A stretch of DNA of 64,000 bases from Rhynchobatus australiae (lineage: Eukaryota). The stretch lies in assembly GCA_034780895.1 (NCBI GenBank), contig JAUZTB010000068.1:18646565-18710564 (forward strand), given 5' to 3'. Position 1 is the first letter of the stretch, and every line of letters starts with the position of its first letter. Below the pieces are notes generated by a model. That model was given only the letters and a program-made list of their open reading frames with translations, was not told the DNA's origin and ran no database searches. Below are positions 25,645-38,900 of this stretch, piece after piece. Made by a program: the position numbers and the translations under genes.

Positions 25645-26881
25645 AATTTAGAAATTTAATTTCCATTTATTACTTCAGCTTTTTACAGCTTTATAATTCA
25701 ACGTTTATAAAAAAAAACAAAACCCTTTAAGTCAAAAGATGACAAATTCAAAATAGTCATTACAGATCTGTTAAGCTCCCACAAAAGAACAGCATCTAAA
25801 CAAGTTTTTACTCTCAGAACAACCGTAACAGTAGAAGACACTAACAGTTTGGATAAAACCAACCTGTTACACAAAGCAAAGTACAATCCAAAGCTACTGT
25901 CAACCAGGAAATCTTTATCCTTCAGATCCTGGTAGTACCATCCTCTTCCTATAACAATTTTCATTTTTTTTAAAAAAAAGAGACTTCCAGTGTTCTAGAT
26001 ACAGCACATTTTCACGTGAAGCTCTTTGTAAAGAATGTTGTGGACAATCAAACGGCTCAAATAAAATTCAAACTCTGCAGAAACTACACAACAGATCGTA
26101 TTAGTGGATTAAACACAAAGGATTTGTACACTTACATAAACAATGTCACAAAATACCATTACATAATGGATAGCCAAGACAAAAACTGCAAACAGATTAA
26201 AAAAAACTTTTTCAGTGTTTAGTCACAAAGCATAAATTTAGTCAATTCAGTGTAAATCTAGCATAGCTTGTGGCTGCAATCATAAGACTGATTCACCCTA
26301 AATTCACTTAATTTATTCTATTTAAAGTGATTTTATCAAATCAGATGCACATTATGGACATCATTCTTAAGCAGACCACTTAGAAAGGAGTCGGAATATT
26401 TTGGGTCAAAGATCTCTGCTCCTAAGATCAGTCTGTTCCATGGTCAGCTGGCAGAAACCATGATTTAAGTTGGTTATTTATGGTGGAAATAAAACACCTC
26501 ACTTCTTCAAAGAGCTGTCTTAATTCCAGATGCTCAAGAATGAATCTCACCAAGAAGAGGAGCAATTTATAGCTCTTGGATTAAAACTACCAAATTGAGA
26601 CCAAAGACTTCCCGAATAATATTACATTTAAAGAAAGATGCAGCTATGAAAAAAGAATCAAAGCTGAAGAATTTTGTTCTGTGATAAAACAAAATCATAT
26701 TATGATTTACCTTTTTGAAAAATAATTCTAGTATTGGTAAGTGGCAGTGTCAGTGTTCATGAGTAGCATGGCAGCCATCTTAATGTACTGGTGTCATTAT
26801 AGCAGCCAATTTTAAAATGTACAAAGCCCTTGTGCCTAATCCATTCAGTCTCCTTAAGTTAGTTTACTTCAGTTCTCTCCC
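25645..26881 (-). other. SRRM1: Probable SRRM1 3' UTR (~1.2 kb)
   Basis: U-rich stretch after the stop with no repeat I recognise, ending at paired poly(A) signals. Confidence 0.6.
25655..25671 (-). terminator. Polyadenylation signals AATAAA (25666-25671) and ATTAAA (25655-25660)
   Basis: Followed on the minus strand by a U/GU-rich element (TTTTCTTCCCTTTGACAGGCTTTTTGTTTT). Confidence 0.6.
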
Positions 26882-26983
26882 TCATGATGGTGGTGAAGCT
26901 TGAGCTTTTCTCATTGACCGCAGAGCCTTCTCTCGGAGATGCTTTTCTAGATCATCTAGGTTTTCTTCTTCGCTTTCTGATTC
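26882..26983 (-). CDS. SRRM1: SRRM1 last coding exon (ESESEEENLDDLEKHLREKALRSMRKAQASPPS*)
   Basis: TGCAG|GAA...TCA TGA, 102 nt including stop. Confidence 0.96.
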   Translation of the reverse strand, partial: ESESEEENLDDLEKHLREKALRSMRKAQASPPS

Positions 26984-29900
26984 CTGCAATAAATCAGATT
27001 AATCACAAGAATTTACTTTACAAAGTCATTTTTGACAAAAAGATTTTCAGCTTTGGGACTCAAAGATTTAACTTGAATGTCAAACTCCATAATATCCAAA
27101 TTTAATTTGGCAGATAGAGCTGAAGTTATTTTGAATAGCAATTTTTAGAGACAATTGTACAACAAGGAACCAGGATTTTTAGCTCCATGAGTTTGTACCG
27201 ACCCTCAAGCATCCATCTATATTAATTCAATTTTATTCTTCCCACACTCCCATAAACTCCTCTTGAATTCTACCATCTATACTCGAGGCCAATTAATGTA
27301 CCAACTGGCATGTCGTTGGGATGCGGAAGGAAATGGGGCACTTGGGGAAATCCCATGCAGTCACAGCAAGAATGTGCAAGCTCCACCCAACAGCATCAGA
27401 GGGGAGGATTGAAGTTGTGAGGCAGCAGATCTACTGGCTGTGTCACTCCAAAGAGATGTAAGTCTTATAAATATACTTCCCAGATAAATATGACTACCCC
27501 TACTTAACAAAATGAAGTTCTAATAAGTCATTCACACTTAACAAAATTAATCAGATTCTCACTTCTTACCAAGTGCCCAAAGCTCCTCTTGTCCCAATTA
27601 TTTGCAAATTCAGTTTCGCAATTTCACAAATCTTAAATAGCCATTACTACTACGCTTAATCTGCATTAAAAGCATCAATCAATCCTCTTCAACCCACTGG
27701 TCACCACAGAACAGTAATCAGACAAGCAGTAAAGCTAAAAATTAGCAAAACCCACAAAAGATAACAATTTCTAAAGTGTACACCACAGCTGTAAATAATG
27801 AAGTGCATCATGATTATAGACAGAAAACCTACAATTCTATTTTTTCCACCAATAGTTTTAACTAACCTTGACACACAAACTCACCTTTGTGGGTTCTGAA
27901 GCTTCTGGCTGAGGTGATTTTACTGGAGCTTCAACTGGTTCAACTTTTTCTTCTACAACTGCAGCTGGTGCCACAGCAGCCTTCTCTTTCTTATGCTTCT
28001 TGTGTTTCTTGTGTTTTTTGTCCTTCTTGTGTTTCTTGTCCTTCTTCTTTTTCTTCTTCTTTCCTCCAGCTTCTTGGTCAGAGATCTTCAAGACAAAAGC
28101 CAACATTACCTCAAGAAACTAGGTGCGAAACTTCTGCACTTACAAATTTTAAATGGCTGCCAACAAAGTTACAAGGTGTAATTTATTTTACCAATAACAA
28201 ATATTGAAAACAAAGAATTTCTGAACGGTACCTATTAGAATACATTAACTTTTTCAACATCTTGATATTTTAGAAGCAGGCAGAAATTAACTTGACACAA
28301 AATGAAGCACTGACATGTCTAAATCTTCATACATATGCATAACATAGTGGGACAAAGTCCAATCACCCCACTTAAGAGCTTTACAACACCAATACTGGTA
28401 TAGTTCTGACAACTAATTGCTCAGCCAAAGACAATCAGTGGCAAACAGAAATTTAAGATGGCCACTAAAGAAATTTCAGTGAGGGAGGGTTACAATGACA
28501 AAATATTAGTGTCATTCAAATGAACATGGACAACTCCTACATCACTGTCTAAAAAAGTCATGACTGTTTAACAAAAAATACAGATAATTTCTAAACCAAA
28601 ATTATCACTTCTCTTTTTATAAAGAAAAGGTGTGGAACTTGTTTCATTAATGAGAATCAATTTTTCCATTTCTGGGTCACTGTTCAAAAAACCATACAAA
28701 AGCAGAAGATAGTACATTAAGTATTACCATTGTCAACCACAATGGTCATTGTATGTAAGCGCAGATTTGCTGCACAGTTATTTACTTTGGTTTGATCACT
28801 GTAGAATCTATGAAGCCAAATTGGGAAATAAAAAAATGACAGAACACTGAATGGGCAAGCACGCGGGTTCAATTCCGGCCACTGTCTGTTAGGAGTTGGT
28901 GCGTTCTCCCCATGTCTGTGTAGGTTTCCTCCAGGTGCTCCAGTTTCCTCCCACATTCCGAAAAAAATCTATAGATTAGGAAGTTGTGGGCATGCTATGT
29001 TGGCACCGGAAGCATGGCGACACTTGCGGGCTACCCCCAGAACTACGCAAAAGATGCATTTCACTGAGTTTCGATGTACATCTGACTAAGATATCTTATC
29101 TTATATAACAGTATTATTACCTTGACAGGGGATGGACTAACTGAAGCACTCTTTGGCTTTTTAACTGGTGGTGGTGGAAGAACTGGTGTTGGTGACCTAC
29201 TAGCAGACTGCGATCTGGAGACCGAAGCCACTGGCCGTTTCTTGGGAGCAGGCTCAGGGGATCGAGATATGGATCTGGATGATGTAGCCCTTCGCACAAC
29301 TTGTACATTTGGTGAGATCCTGAGAAATTCACAAATTTAATCACAGAATCTATTAAACTTATCCTCCACAACAATTACTCTGCCAATGAACTAGCATCTA
29401 ACTGAAATTCAAAGGATATTAAGAGGCTACATTTGCTAAATGCTCTAATTATTAGAATCAACAGCAAATTAGATAATTAAACAAATGGAATCAATGAGCA
29501 GATGAAGTAACAACCCATTAAGAGAGCAAATGCTGAGGTTGCCACTGCAGTTGAAGAACACCAGCAACCAAAATACATACGAGTAAGCTCATTTTTGTTC
29601 ACTTTACATTATGAGGAAAATACTACAAAGAAAGTTTCAAATTAAACTTTTGAACTCAGTGAAAATTAAACTAGAAAAATTACCAACTATCAAAGTGAGA
29701 ATGTACGTGACCTTTAAAAATTTAATGAAAATTAGAATGACAATCAGATAAAATTCAAATACTTCCATAATGTAAACACTGTGCATAGCATCCTTACTTT
29801 TTAGGTTTCTTCGGTTCTGGAGTTCGTGAAACTCGCCGAATTGGCCTATTACTAGGGGATGGGGACATATGACGTCGCTGTGGTGGTGGTGGTGACATTG

Positions 29901-32900
29901 ATACTCTTCGTGCTGGTGGTGGACTAATAGATCCACGCATTGGCCTCGGTCGTGGAGATGGTGAATGGCGTTTGTGTGGTGGTGAGCGAACATCTCTGTT
30001 GGATCTGCTAGGTGGTGACCCTCTCCTACGTCGAGAAGAGGGAGAGGGAGAACTACGGCGCTTTGGTGCTGGTGACGGAGATGCCCGCCTCCTAGGTGGT
30101 GGTGAAGGAGTATACCTCCTCTGAATTGGAGGGGAATAGCGCCTAGGCGAGGCTGAGCGTCTACGTGGTGGTGGTGAGGGTGATCTAAAAGCAAATCAAA
30201 GATAAAATCAAATTAGTAATTGTTCATAAAGTTATCATGGTTGCAGCATGCTAAATTCATCTGGTTCTGATTATTCTTTCATTTTGATCAGTCTGTTAAA
30301 TGCAAACCTCATTTTCATGCACTTTTAATAAAATTGAAACTAAGAATTACATGGCCATAGAAATAAAAAAAATTCCATGGCCATAGAAATAAAAAAAATT
30401 CAAGTCATATGAACAATGTATTAGGAGGTATATTGGACTGAAATCTTAGCAGCTGAGGTATCAAGGAGCTAGAGTTCAAATTAGAAAGGTAACAGCTCCA
30501 ATCCTTGATTAACAGATCTCAGACAAGATGACAACAGACATACAAATTGTGTCAGACTGCACAAGCCATGGCAAAAAAGGTTGAAATTCTGATTACAATA
30601 ATCCTGTAGCATAGAATGTATATTTGAATCAAATCAGATTTCCTACCCAAGTTAAATAAAACCCCAAACCGAACTTTGTGACCTCTTAGTGGAGAGCAGT
30701 CAATGACTACATAACATGTGGGAAAGGAAGAAAAATAGAGAAAGGTAAATACATTGGGTGAAGGGAAGCTGAAGGAGCAGAGGATACTATTAGAACAAAG
30801 GCACCACTAAAACATATAGTAATGTACCCTTACAAAGATTTACTCTGAAATCAAAACAATTAGTTCTCCAACAGATAGTTCTCCAATATACTTCAAACTT
30901 TTAAAAACTAGTTCTGTACAATTAAACTTAAAAGGTCCCAAGATCCCTTTATTTTTTTCAGTGTTGTATAATAATGTGCTTATATAGCAAGGTATTTTCC
31001 AAGTTCAAAGGAATTGAAAAAGAAAACTCAAAGTTGGATTGCAAATTTCAGATAACCTAATAGAGCAAGATCCAGTTACAAACATTCCCATCCATTGTCA
31101 AAGCCAAAGGAAATGGTGCATTAATTAGGGACTTCTACTGTACTGCAAAATTGCCATCTAACATCAGTCAATGTAGCTTTGGACTGGAAATTCAAATATT
31201 ACAAATGATGTAATCTAATGGTTATAGCAAAAGTTCCATTTATACAGGACATATTGTTTACAGGGAAAATGGTGAGCTCAAGGCTCAATGAAATTACAGT
31301 ATGTACTGTTCCAATACCTTGCAAAAACAAATTACAACAGCTTAATTTCAACCATTCATTTGAAAAGGACAGCATGAGCTAACAAGATAGAACATTCCCA
31401 CACTACAAGAAAATTTTTGGAGACATTTATAAAAAGGGGGTGTTTCACAGTCATATAAATTTTGCTCTATTTTTCATGTCTAAGTAAATATAAATTTGAT
31501 CTCTGTCAACAGCATTGCAAGATACTTGCAGAATTAATATCCACACATGTAGGAACGTCAAAGAATAAAAATCCATGCACGATAAACAAATTTCACTCCT
31601 TTTATCACCTCCTTCACCTTTGACATCTTCATGCTCCCCAGATAATGCAACAACATTTACTAACCTGCGTCTTAGTGGAGACGGTGATCTACGCCTTCTA
31701 GGGGGAGATGGAGTACGCCGGCGCCTTGGCGGTGGTGATGGGCTTCTCCTCCTCCTATATACCATACATTAGTACATCAACATTTACAAAGGAAGCATCG
31801 TAAACTAAACAGCTGCTGATCCCTCACTGTCCATTAAAACCCAACCAAAAAAATAAAACTGTGTTTAGGCTAAAGCAAATGAATTAATTGGTGCAAGTTC
31901 CTTTAGAAATAAATTCTGACAAGAATGACTTTTTGAAAATGATATCTGTTTCCTATTAAACAGTTGCCACTAAATGATTTTCTGTATACTTCAATTATCA
32001 AATACAATCCAAGTTCCAGCATACTTTTTCAGGTATTTTGAAATAAGAAAATGAGTAATAAATTTAATTTTTTCATTTGCTGTTAATGTGTATAAAATAT
32101 ATAAAAAGATTTAGGTGTGATTCATATTTGGATACAACAAAAGCCCTGGCATGTACAATTTACAACCAGAGGTAGACCATTTGACACAGTAGTTAGGTAA
32201 TTAATAATCATAATTTGGTTAAGTTGAATTCTTGGTCTGCCCCATATTCACTGACCAGCCATTTGAGATGCTCCAATTAGCCTCAATGCATTTAGGCAAG
32301 GAAGCCCTTTGAAGGATTATCTGTTTATTAGTAACTTATACAATTAGACTTTATATGTCAATCAGTTCAAGTGACTGTTTCTACTCAAGGAATCTTATTC
32401 CAAAAACCCAAAGCCTTCATGAATGGAAATAATATAAAGAACATTGCCTTTAAAAGTTATAAATTAAGTGCAAATATTTTCAAAGGTAATTGCACAGTTA
32501 TAAGCATAAAACATGATTAGAATTCCTATCATTTAAAGAACATTCAATTATGTTCTGCAAATTTCTCTAACACAAATAACAAGATTCATTCGCATTTCTT
32601 TTAAAAGCTCTGGATTGAGTGTTTTGCATACTCAAGAAATTTAACAAATCACAGATTTTTGTAATGACACAAAATTGAGATGAATTGTGTTTTAAATTAA
32701 GTCATCTAATAAAATAATGCAATTTCCTCAGCTGATCCTTAAATTTTTGAAATTCATGTTGAAACTCAGCAAAGGCCGTAGAATATCACTACTGACAGTG
32801 TTATTTTACTCATTAGATTATAATTCATGGGTTATACACAAGTTCACACCAAATAAGACTGTCTGTCACCACTATGAGATCCCAAATACAGTGAAAACCA

Positions 32901-35900
32901 CATGTTTTGTGTTGAATTTGATGACTAAACCACCTTCTCATGCAAAGAACAGAAAATGCCAAAATCACACCACAGGTCAAGCCGCATCCATCCCTGCTTG
33001 TTCTGCTGAATGCTTCGAGCATTTTCCATTTTTGTTTCGGATTTCCAGCATCTACTGTTATTTTTATTCCACCGTTTCCTTCAGAATGCTTCCCATTGCA
33101 TCCTAAACTATTTCAATATGCCAAAAGTGAAAGCAGTCTGCTCTGAACTGAACATTCACAGTAACAATTCTATTCTGCTGAATGAAACTGCTCATATTCA
33201 ATGAAAAACATTCTCACTGGTGACAGATACACTCTAGCTTGGCTTATACAGTGCTCAACAGAATGAACTTGTCTAACTAATGACAACTTGTCTAAAAAAA
33301 ATACATGCAGGAATATTATTATAACATTACTGCTTTTATAACTTGAGATCCTTGACAAGGAGATTTGAAAATATCGTTGCTTTCGTTGGTGTTACAATCT
33401 TAATAATGCACATCTGATCCTACCTAGCTAAATTAACTCCTTTACACCATGCTTGCTATAGACTTCTGGAGTTCCAGAGTACAGTTTCCAATCCTGAACA
33501 ATGAATTTTTGTATTGTTATTTTTCTAACCCTAAATGTTAAACTTGACAAACTTGGTACAAGTGGGTTCCACTGTATTTATACTTTCCCAAGTATTTGTA
33601 GAATTAATCAAAAACAGATAATTCGCATCAAATTAGTACTTAAAAATTTGGTTTAAAGTTCCTATATGCAAAATTTTAATGAGAATCAATTTCAAGCATT
33701 GATCGAGAAAATTGAGTACTCTTAATTTCCTGCTCAATTAAAGTTTGGTGCAAGAATTACTTTAGCATTCCAGAGAAGCTGGACTTAATACAACCTTCTT
33801 GTTTAGTCTCATATGCAATGCAATCATTTGACTAATTAGTTGGGTTGGGGTTACTAATTAAAGGAACCTTAAACAAGCTAATGTTTTCAGTGATCAGACA
33901 GCAACTCATTTTCAAACCAACCTTTTCGCCACTGGGAAGTGCCACCTCTTTCCAAGCGGNNNNNNNNNNNNNNNNNNNNNNNNNNNNNNNNNNNNNNNNN
34001 NNNNNNNNNNNNNNNNNNNNNNNNNNNNNNNNNNNNNNNNNNNNNNNNNNNNNNNNNNNNNNNNNNNNNNNNNNNNNNNNNNNNNNNNNNNNNNNNNNNN
34101 NNNNNNNNNNNNNNNNNNNNNNNNNNNNNNNNNNNNNNNNNNNNNNNNNNNNNNNNNNNNNNNNNNNNNNNNNNNNNNNNNNNNNNNNNNNNNNNNNNNN
34201 NNNNNNNNNNNNNNNNNATTTTATACAGACAGTACCGCTCTGGTGGATTTAGATTTTAAATTTACAACTACAATGCAATTTTTACAATAATATCTCACAC
34301 TTGCATTTTCTAGATTATAGACTCTGATGAGTAACCAGGAAGAGCAACAGCACTGATTTATCTCCCCCATTGCCCCAGAAGGGAACTGCGCTAAATTTGG
34401 GAACTCTCAATCTAGCCTATAATACTCATTAAGAACAGCATGACCAATAAAAAAAATATTTTAAATTGCTGCACTCTTGGCTTTTAAACAACATTTAGTG
34501 ACTATTCAGTTCTTCTAATGAATTAACAACCTACAGGATAACAGAACTTGTAAAAAGGATCTTTTCATTCACAATGACATATTTTTCATTTTATCACCAT
34601 CTTTGAGTTTTGGAAAGGAACAAATCCAATTTATAGAACTCATCTAATGCAATTTCTCTTGGTGCTTTAAATTTTAAATCGCCAATGTACTGCTTGGAGC
34701 AAGACCACCTTTCAAAGTAAATTTGTCCACTTATCCAAAAGTGGCTGACTTCTATCATTTAAATTTTAGAAAATCTTCTAGTAGATAAATAAAAGGAGTT
34801 TGTGAGATACTTGAGATACTGCTGGAACAGCCAGGATAAGTTTCTCCAGTGATTCTTGTGGATGATACACACTCCAGTGGGTGGNNNNNNNNNNNNNNNN
34901 NNNNNNNNNNNNNNNNNNNNNNNNNNNNNNNNNNNNNNNNNNNNNNNNNNNNNNNNNNNNNNNNNNNNNNNNNNNNNNNNNNNNGTGTGTGTATGTGTGT
35001 GTGTGTGTGTGGGGGGGAGGGGGGGGGGGTGAGAAGAGAATAATTATGTTGGTGCATGGGGTACTGATAGAGCCATTTGCTTTCTCCTAGGTGATGCTAA
35101 GCTTATTTAGCATTGTTGAATTTGTACTCATCCAATCAGCCTTTTCGTTCCAAACTTGTGCTGAGGAATTCCTGAAGCAATGCTCTTGGATTTAGATAAT
35201 TGATCTCCAATAACCACAATCATCCATGCTAGATACAGCTCTGCCCAGCAGACAGCTTTCCTTTGATTACCACTGGCTTCAATTTTATATGGCTCCTCAA
35301 TGTCATATACATTAATATTCTGCATCAGTATCAAGGCAGTTACTCTCACTTCATTCCTGGAATCCAACACGTTTGTATGTGTTTGGACCAAGGCTTTATT
35401 GAACAAAATTGAGTATCAGCAGGCAAATCAATGGTGAACGGAACTTAATAAAACTGTTGAAAACAATGCTTATCACTTTGCTGATGAGAGTAGACTGAAG
35501 TAAATCAGACTATATTTGTCTATCTTGTGGAAAGAAAACATGCATTTTTTTTAAATTAAGGTTTGTTGGGCTGACACCGCTTGATGTTATCCTGGCACAT
35601 CTGAGATCTTCATTGAACTAGGGTTGGTGTCTTGGCTTTATGGCAGTAGGAGGGTGAGGGATGCAACATGTTACAGACTTTATAGCTAATGGCCCAAAGT
35701 GCCTCACAAATGCTTAGTTTTGAGCTGCTAGGTTGTTTTTGAATCGATCCCACATAGAACAGGATAGCAATGCCACATAACATGGAAATGGAGAATATCC
35801 TTAGTGTGANNNNNNNNNNNNNNTCACTATTGTCAGTACATTGCTACTTGGTCACTAATTAAGTCACTATTCATGATGGTTACTTCAGTCTCTCAGCCAG

Positions 35901-38900
35901 AATACATTTTGTGCTACTTCAGTGTTGTACAACATAACGGATGATTAATCTATGTATTTTTCAGGATGCTGTCACACTGTCAAAGCCAGGATGGTTGCTC
36001 TGAAAACGTTAACTCTGAGCCACCTTCTTGAATCACTGCAATCCTTCTAGTGAAAGTGCTGCCACAATATAGCTACATAGTGGAGTCCAGAATTTGGATG
36101 CAGTGACAATGAAGGAAAGGCAATACATTTAGAGAACAGGATGGCCTGTTACTTGACAGGAACTTGTTCCTATATGCCTGCCACTCGTACTTTTTGATGA
36201 TACAGATCACAGGTTTGGGTGTGCAACTGCAGTACATTTTCTATATGGTACACAAAGCAACCACCACGCGTTGGTGGTACAAAGAGCGAATGTATAGACT
36301 GGTGGATGGGTTTGAAACAGGCTGCTCTACCCTGGATACTGAGCTTCTTCAGTAGTTTTGCAGCTGAACTCTTCTAGGCAAATGGAGGTATTCCATCATG
36401 CTCCTGACTTATGCCCTACAGATAGTGAAAAGGTAGGCCAGAAGGTCACTTGTCACAGGTTACCCAATATATCTCACTTGCTCTTGTAGTTACTGTATTT
36501 AAGTGGTTGGTCTAATCCAAAGTTTCTAATCAAAGGTGACTGAGTAGGTTGTCATGCACTCTCTTGTTAGAGGTGGTCATTATCTGGCAAAAATACAAAG
36601 TTCCACTTGCTGTGCCCAGGCACAGACTGCTTCTTTTTCTGAAGAGTTACAAATAGAGTTGAACACTGTACAATCATCATTTTTGACCCTATTTTGGAAG
36701 GAAGGACTGCCCTAAGCAATTCACGTAGCAATATACTGGACCGGGATCACCAACCTCCAACAAATAACCATCTTCATTCTCAAGGTATGATTCCAATTGC
36801 TGCAGTATTTTCTTTTGATGTCAATTGACTTCAGTTTTAACAGGGTTCTTTAATGCCACCTTTGATCAAATGCTGTTTTAATGTCAATGGCAACCACTCT
36901 CACCTCACCAAGTATGGAATGAGATCCAGAGCCCAGTAACCCCAGTGAAGCTCAAACTGATAATCGACAAGCAGGTTACTGATGAGCAAGTACCTCTTGA
37001 TAACATTGTCGATTACACCATCCATCACTTTGGTTATGATGATTAGGCTATAGGCCCAAGAAAACAGCCACACTTCAATGTCAAGGTAAGCACTCCATTC
37101 AGCAACTCCAGGTGAGGTAATATGAATGGTTGTGACCCTACCACAAAAAATTCTTGGGTTAAGCGTTCAGTGTGTGGGTCTACTTCTCAATTTTGTTACC
37201 CCTGAATGAGACATCTAATGCTAATACTACAAACTAATGCTTTCTATATCATGGCTCGTACATGGCTAGTACGAGCAGAAACCTCCTGGAAAGTGGATTA
37301 AGCGGTAATTATCAAGGTTGAGTTTTCTCTGCTTTCATGGGCAAAGCATGCCTGGACAATCTTCCATTGTTGTAACTGGACATGAACAAATCAACTCGAG
37401 CTCGCTCTGGAGCATGTCTTCAGCACTATAGTTAGGGTGGTGTCTTGTTCCAAAGCTTTTTCTGTATCAATCATCATCAGATTTCATTGCCCATACTTAA
37501 CTTGATGCCTTGAGGTCTGAACTACATGTTAAGAAAAGTGTCTTCTGACTGCTTCTTGCTGCCATCCTTGGTAGGTCACTGCTACTTGAGGAACATAGAC
37601 TCACCCAGCAATGTGATGGAGGTGTTTGGGACATTTGCTGAAAGGTATGATTCTTTGATTATGAATGTCAGGTTGTTGCTTTAATTATTTTTAAGATTAC
37701 TAAACCTCTTTTCTGTGTGATACAACTGATCAACTTGCTATTGTAGATCTGGAGTTAACACAGACCAGAGGAGATAAAAAAGACTGTTTCCTTCTCTGAT
37801 GGCCATTAATTAGAGGCAAACACCCTTCGATGATGCTAGCTTTTTTTTAATTACACACTTATTGAATTTAAATTTGCTGCCTGCCCTGGCAAGAGCTGAA
37901 CTCTTATCATCTTTAGTCAAGGCTACTGGGATCACTAATCCCAGTTCATTAACATAGCTGATGCACTTCCCTGTCACATAATATACAGTGATACTGTGAG
38001 GATATGCAGGATGTAATATTGACAGAATCAAGTAAGGGCTGTCCATCCTGGAATATACAAAAGCATCCTTCCTCTCCATTAGACTTTTACCTTTACTTGG
38101 GGTAAAAAAAAATCCAGTCTTGTAGCTATAGTATAGGAGGTCGATATTCAAATGAGTCTTTGGCCTCTTTCAATATAAAAAAAGACAGATCTTAGTAGAT
38201 ATGCATTTGTTTAAGCTGGTTAAAACGGCCAGAGAAAAACCAATATACACTCTATATTGCAGCATACGTCATGTCACCAGACTCACACTTAAGGACCATA
38301 TATTACACAAGGCATGGTGTTGAGACAGACACCTTAAAGAGAGAGCAGGTGAGGAAGGAGTCTTTAAAATTTAATGACATTTTTTCAGAATACTGAATCT
38401 AAAAGTTATGTAATAAAAATTCTGCACAACAGTAGAGTTATTTGCATCTTACCTTGGTGAAAAGTCCTTGTGCCTCTTTCGCATTGCAGGGAAAGGAGAC
38501 ATACTCCGTGACAATGAGCGATGGCGCCTTCTTCGAACTTCCCCGTTCTTTGCACTTGAACGTTTTGGTGCTTCATCTTCAGAGGAGGAGGAAGATCCAG
38601 ACTCTGTGTAAGGCAATATTCACCTAATTAAGCTAATCAGCACTGCAGAGATCAGATGATTTATACCAATCAAGCAAAACCACTGAATGCACAAGACTGC
38701 AAAGTGAGTTAACCATTTTTTTTAGAAAAAATCCTCCACCAGAAAAACAATACACCTTCATCATTTCAACAATTGTTCAGCACTTCAATTTCATTTCAAA
38801 TTACCTCCATTAGAAATAATCACGAAGTCACTAAATGTCAATGATATACATTTCATTGAAAACAGGCTAGATGGTACGGATTAGCCTCAAATGTGAGTAA

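Noticed and set aside
29637-30194. 185-aa His-rich ORF on the minus strand
   Set aside because: Alternative frame of SRRM1 exon 14 (CCA-repeat codons) extending into intron; no independent gene structure.
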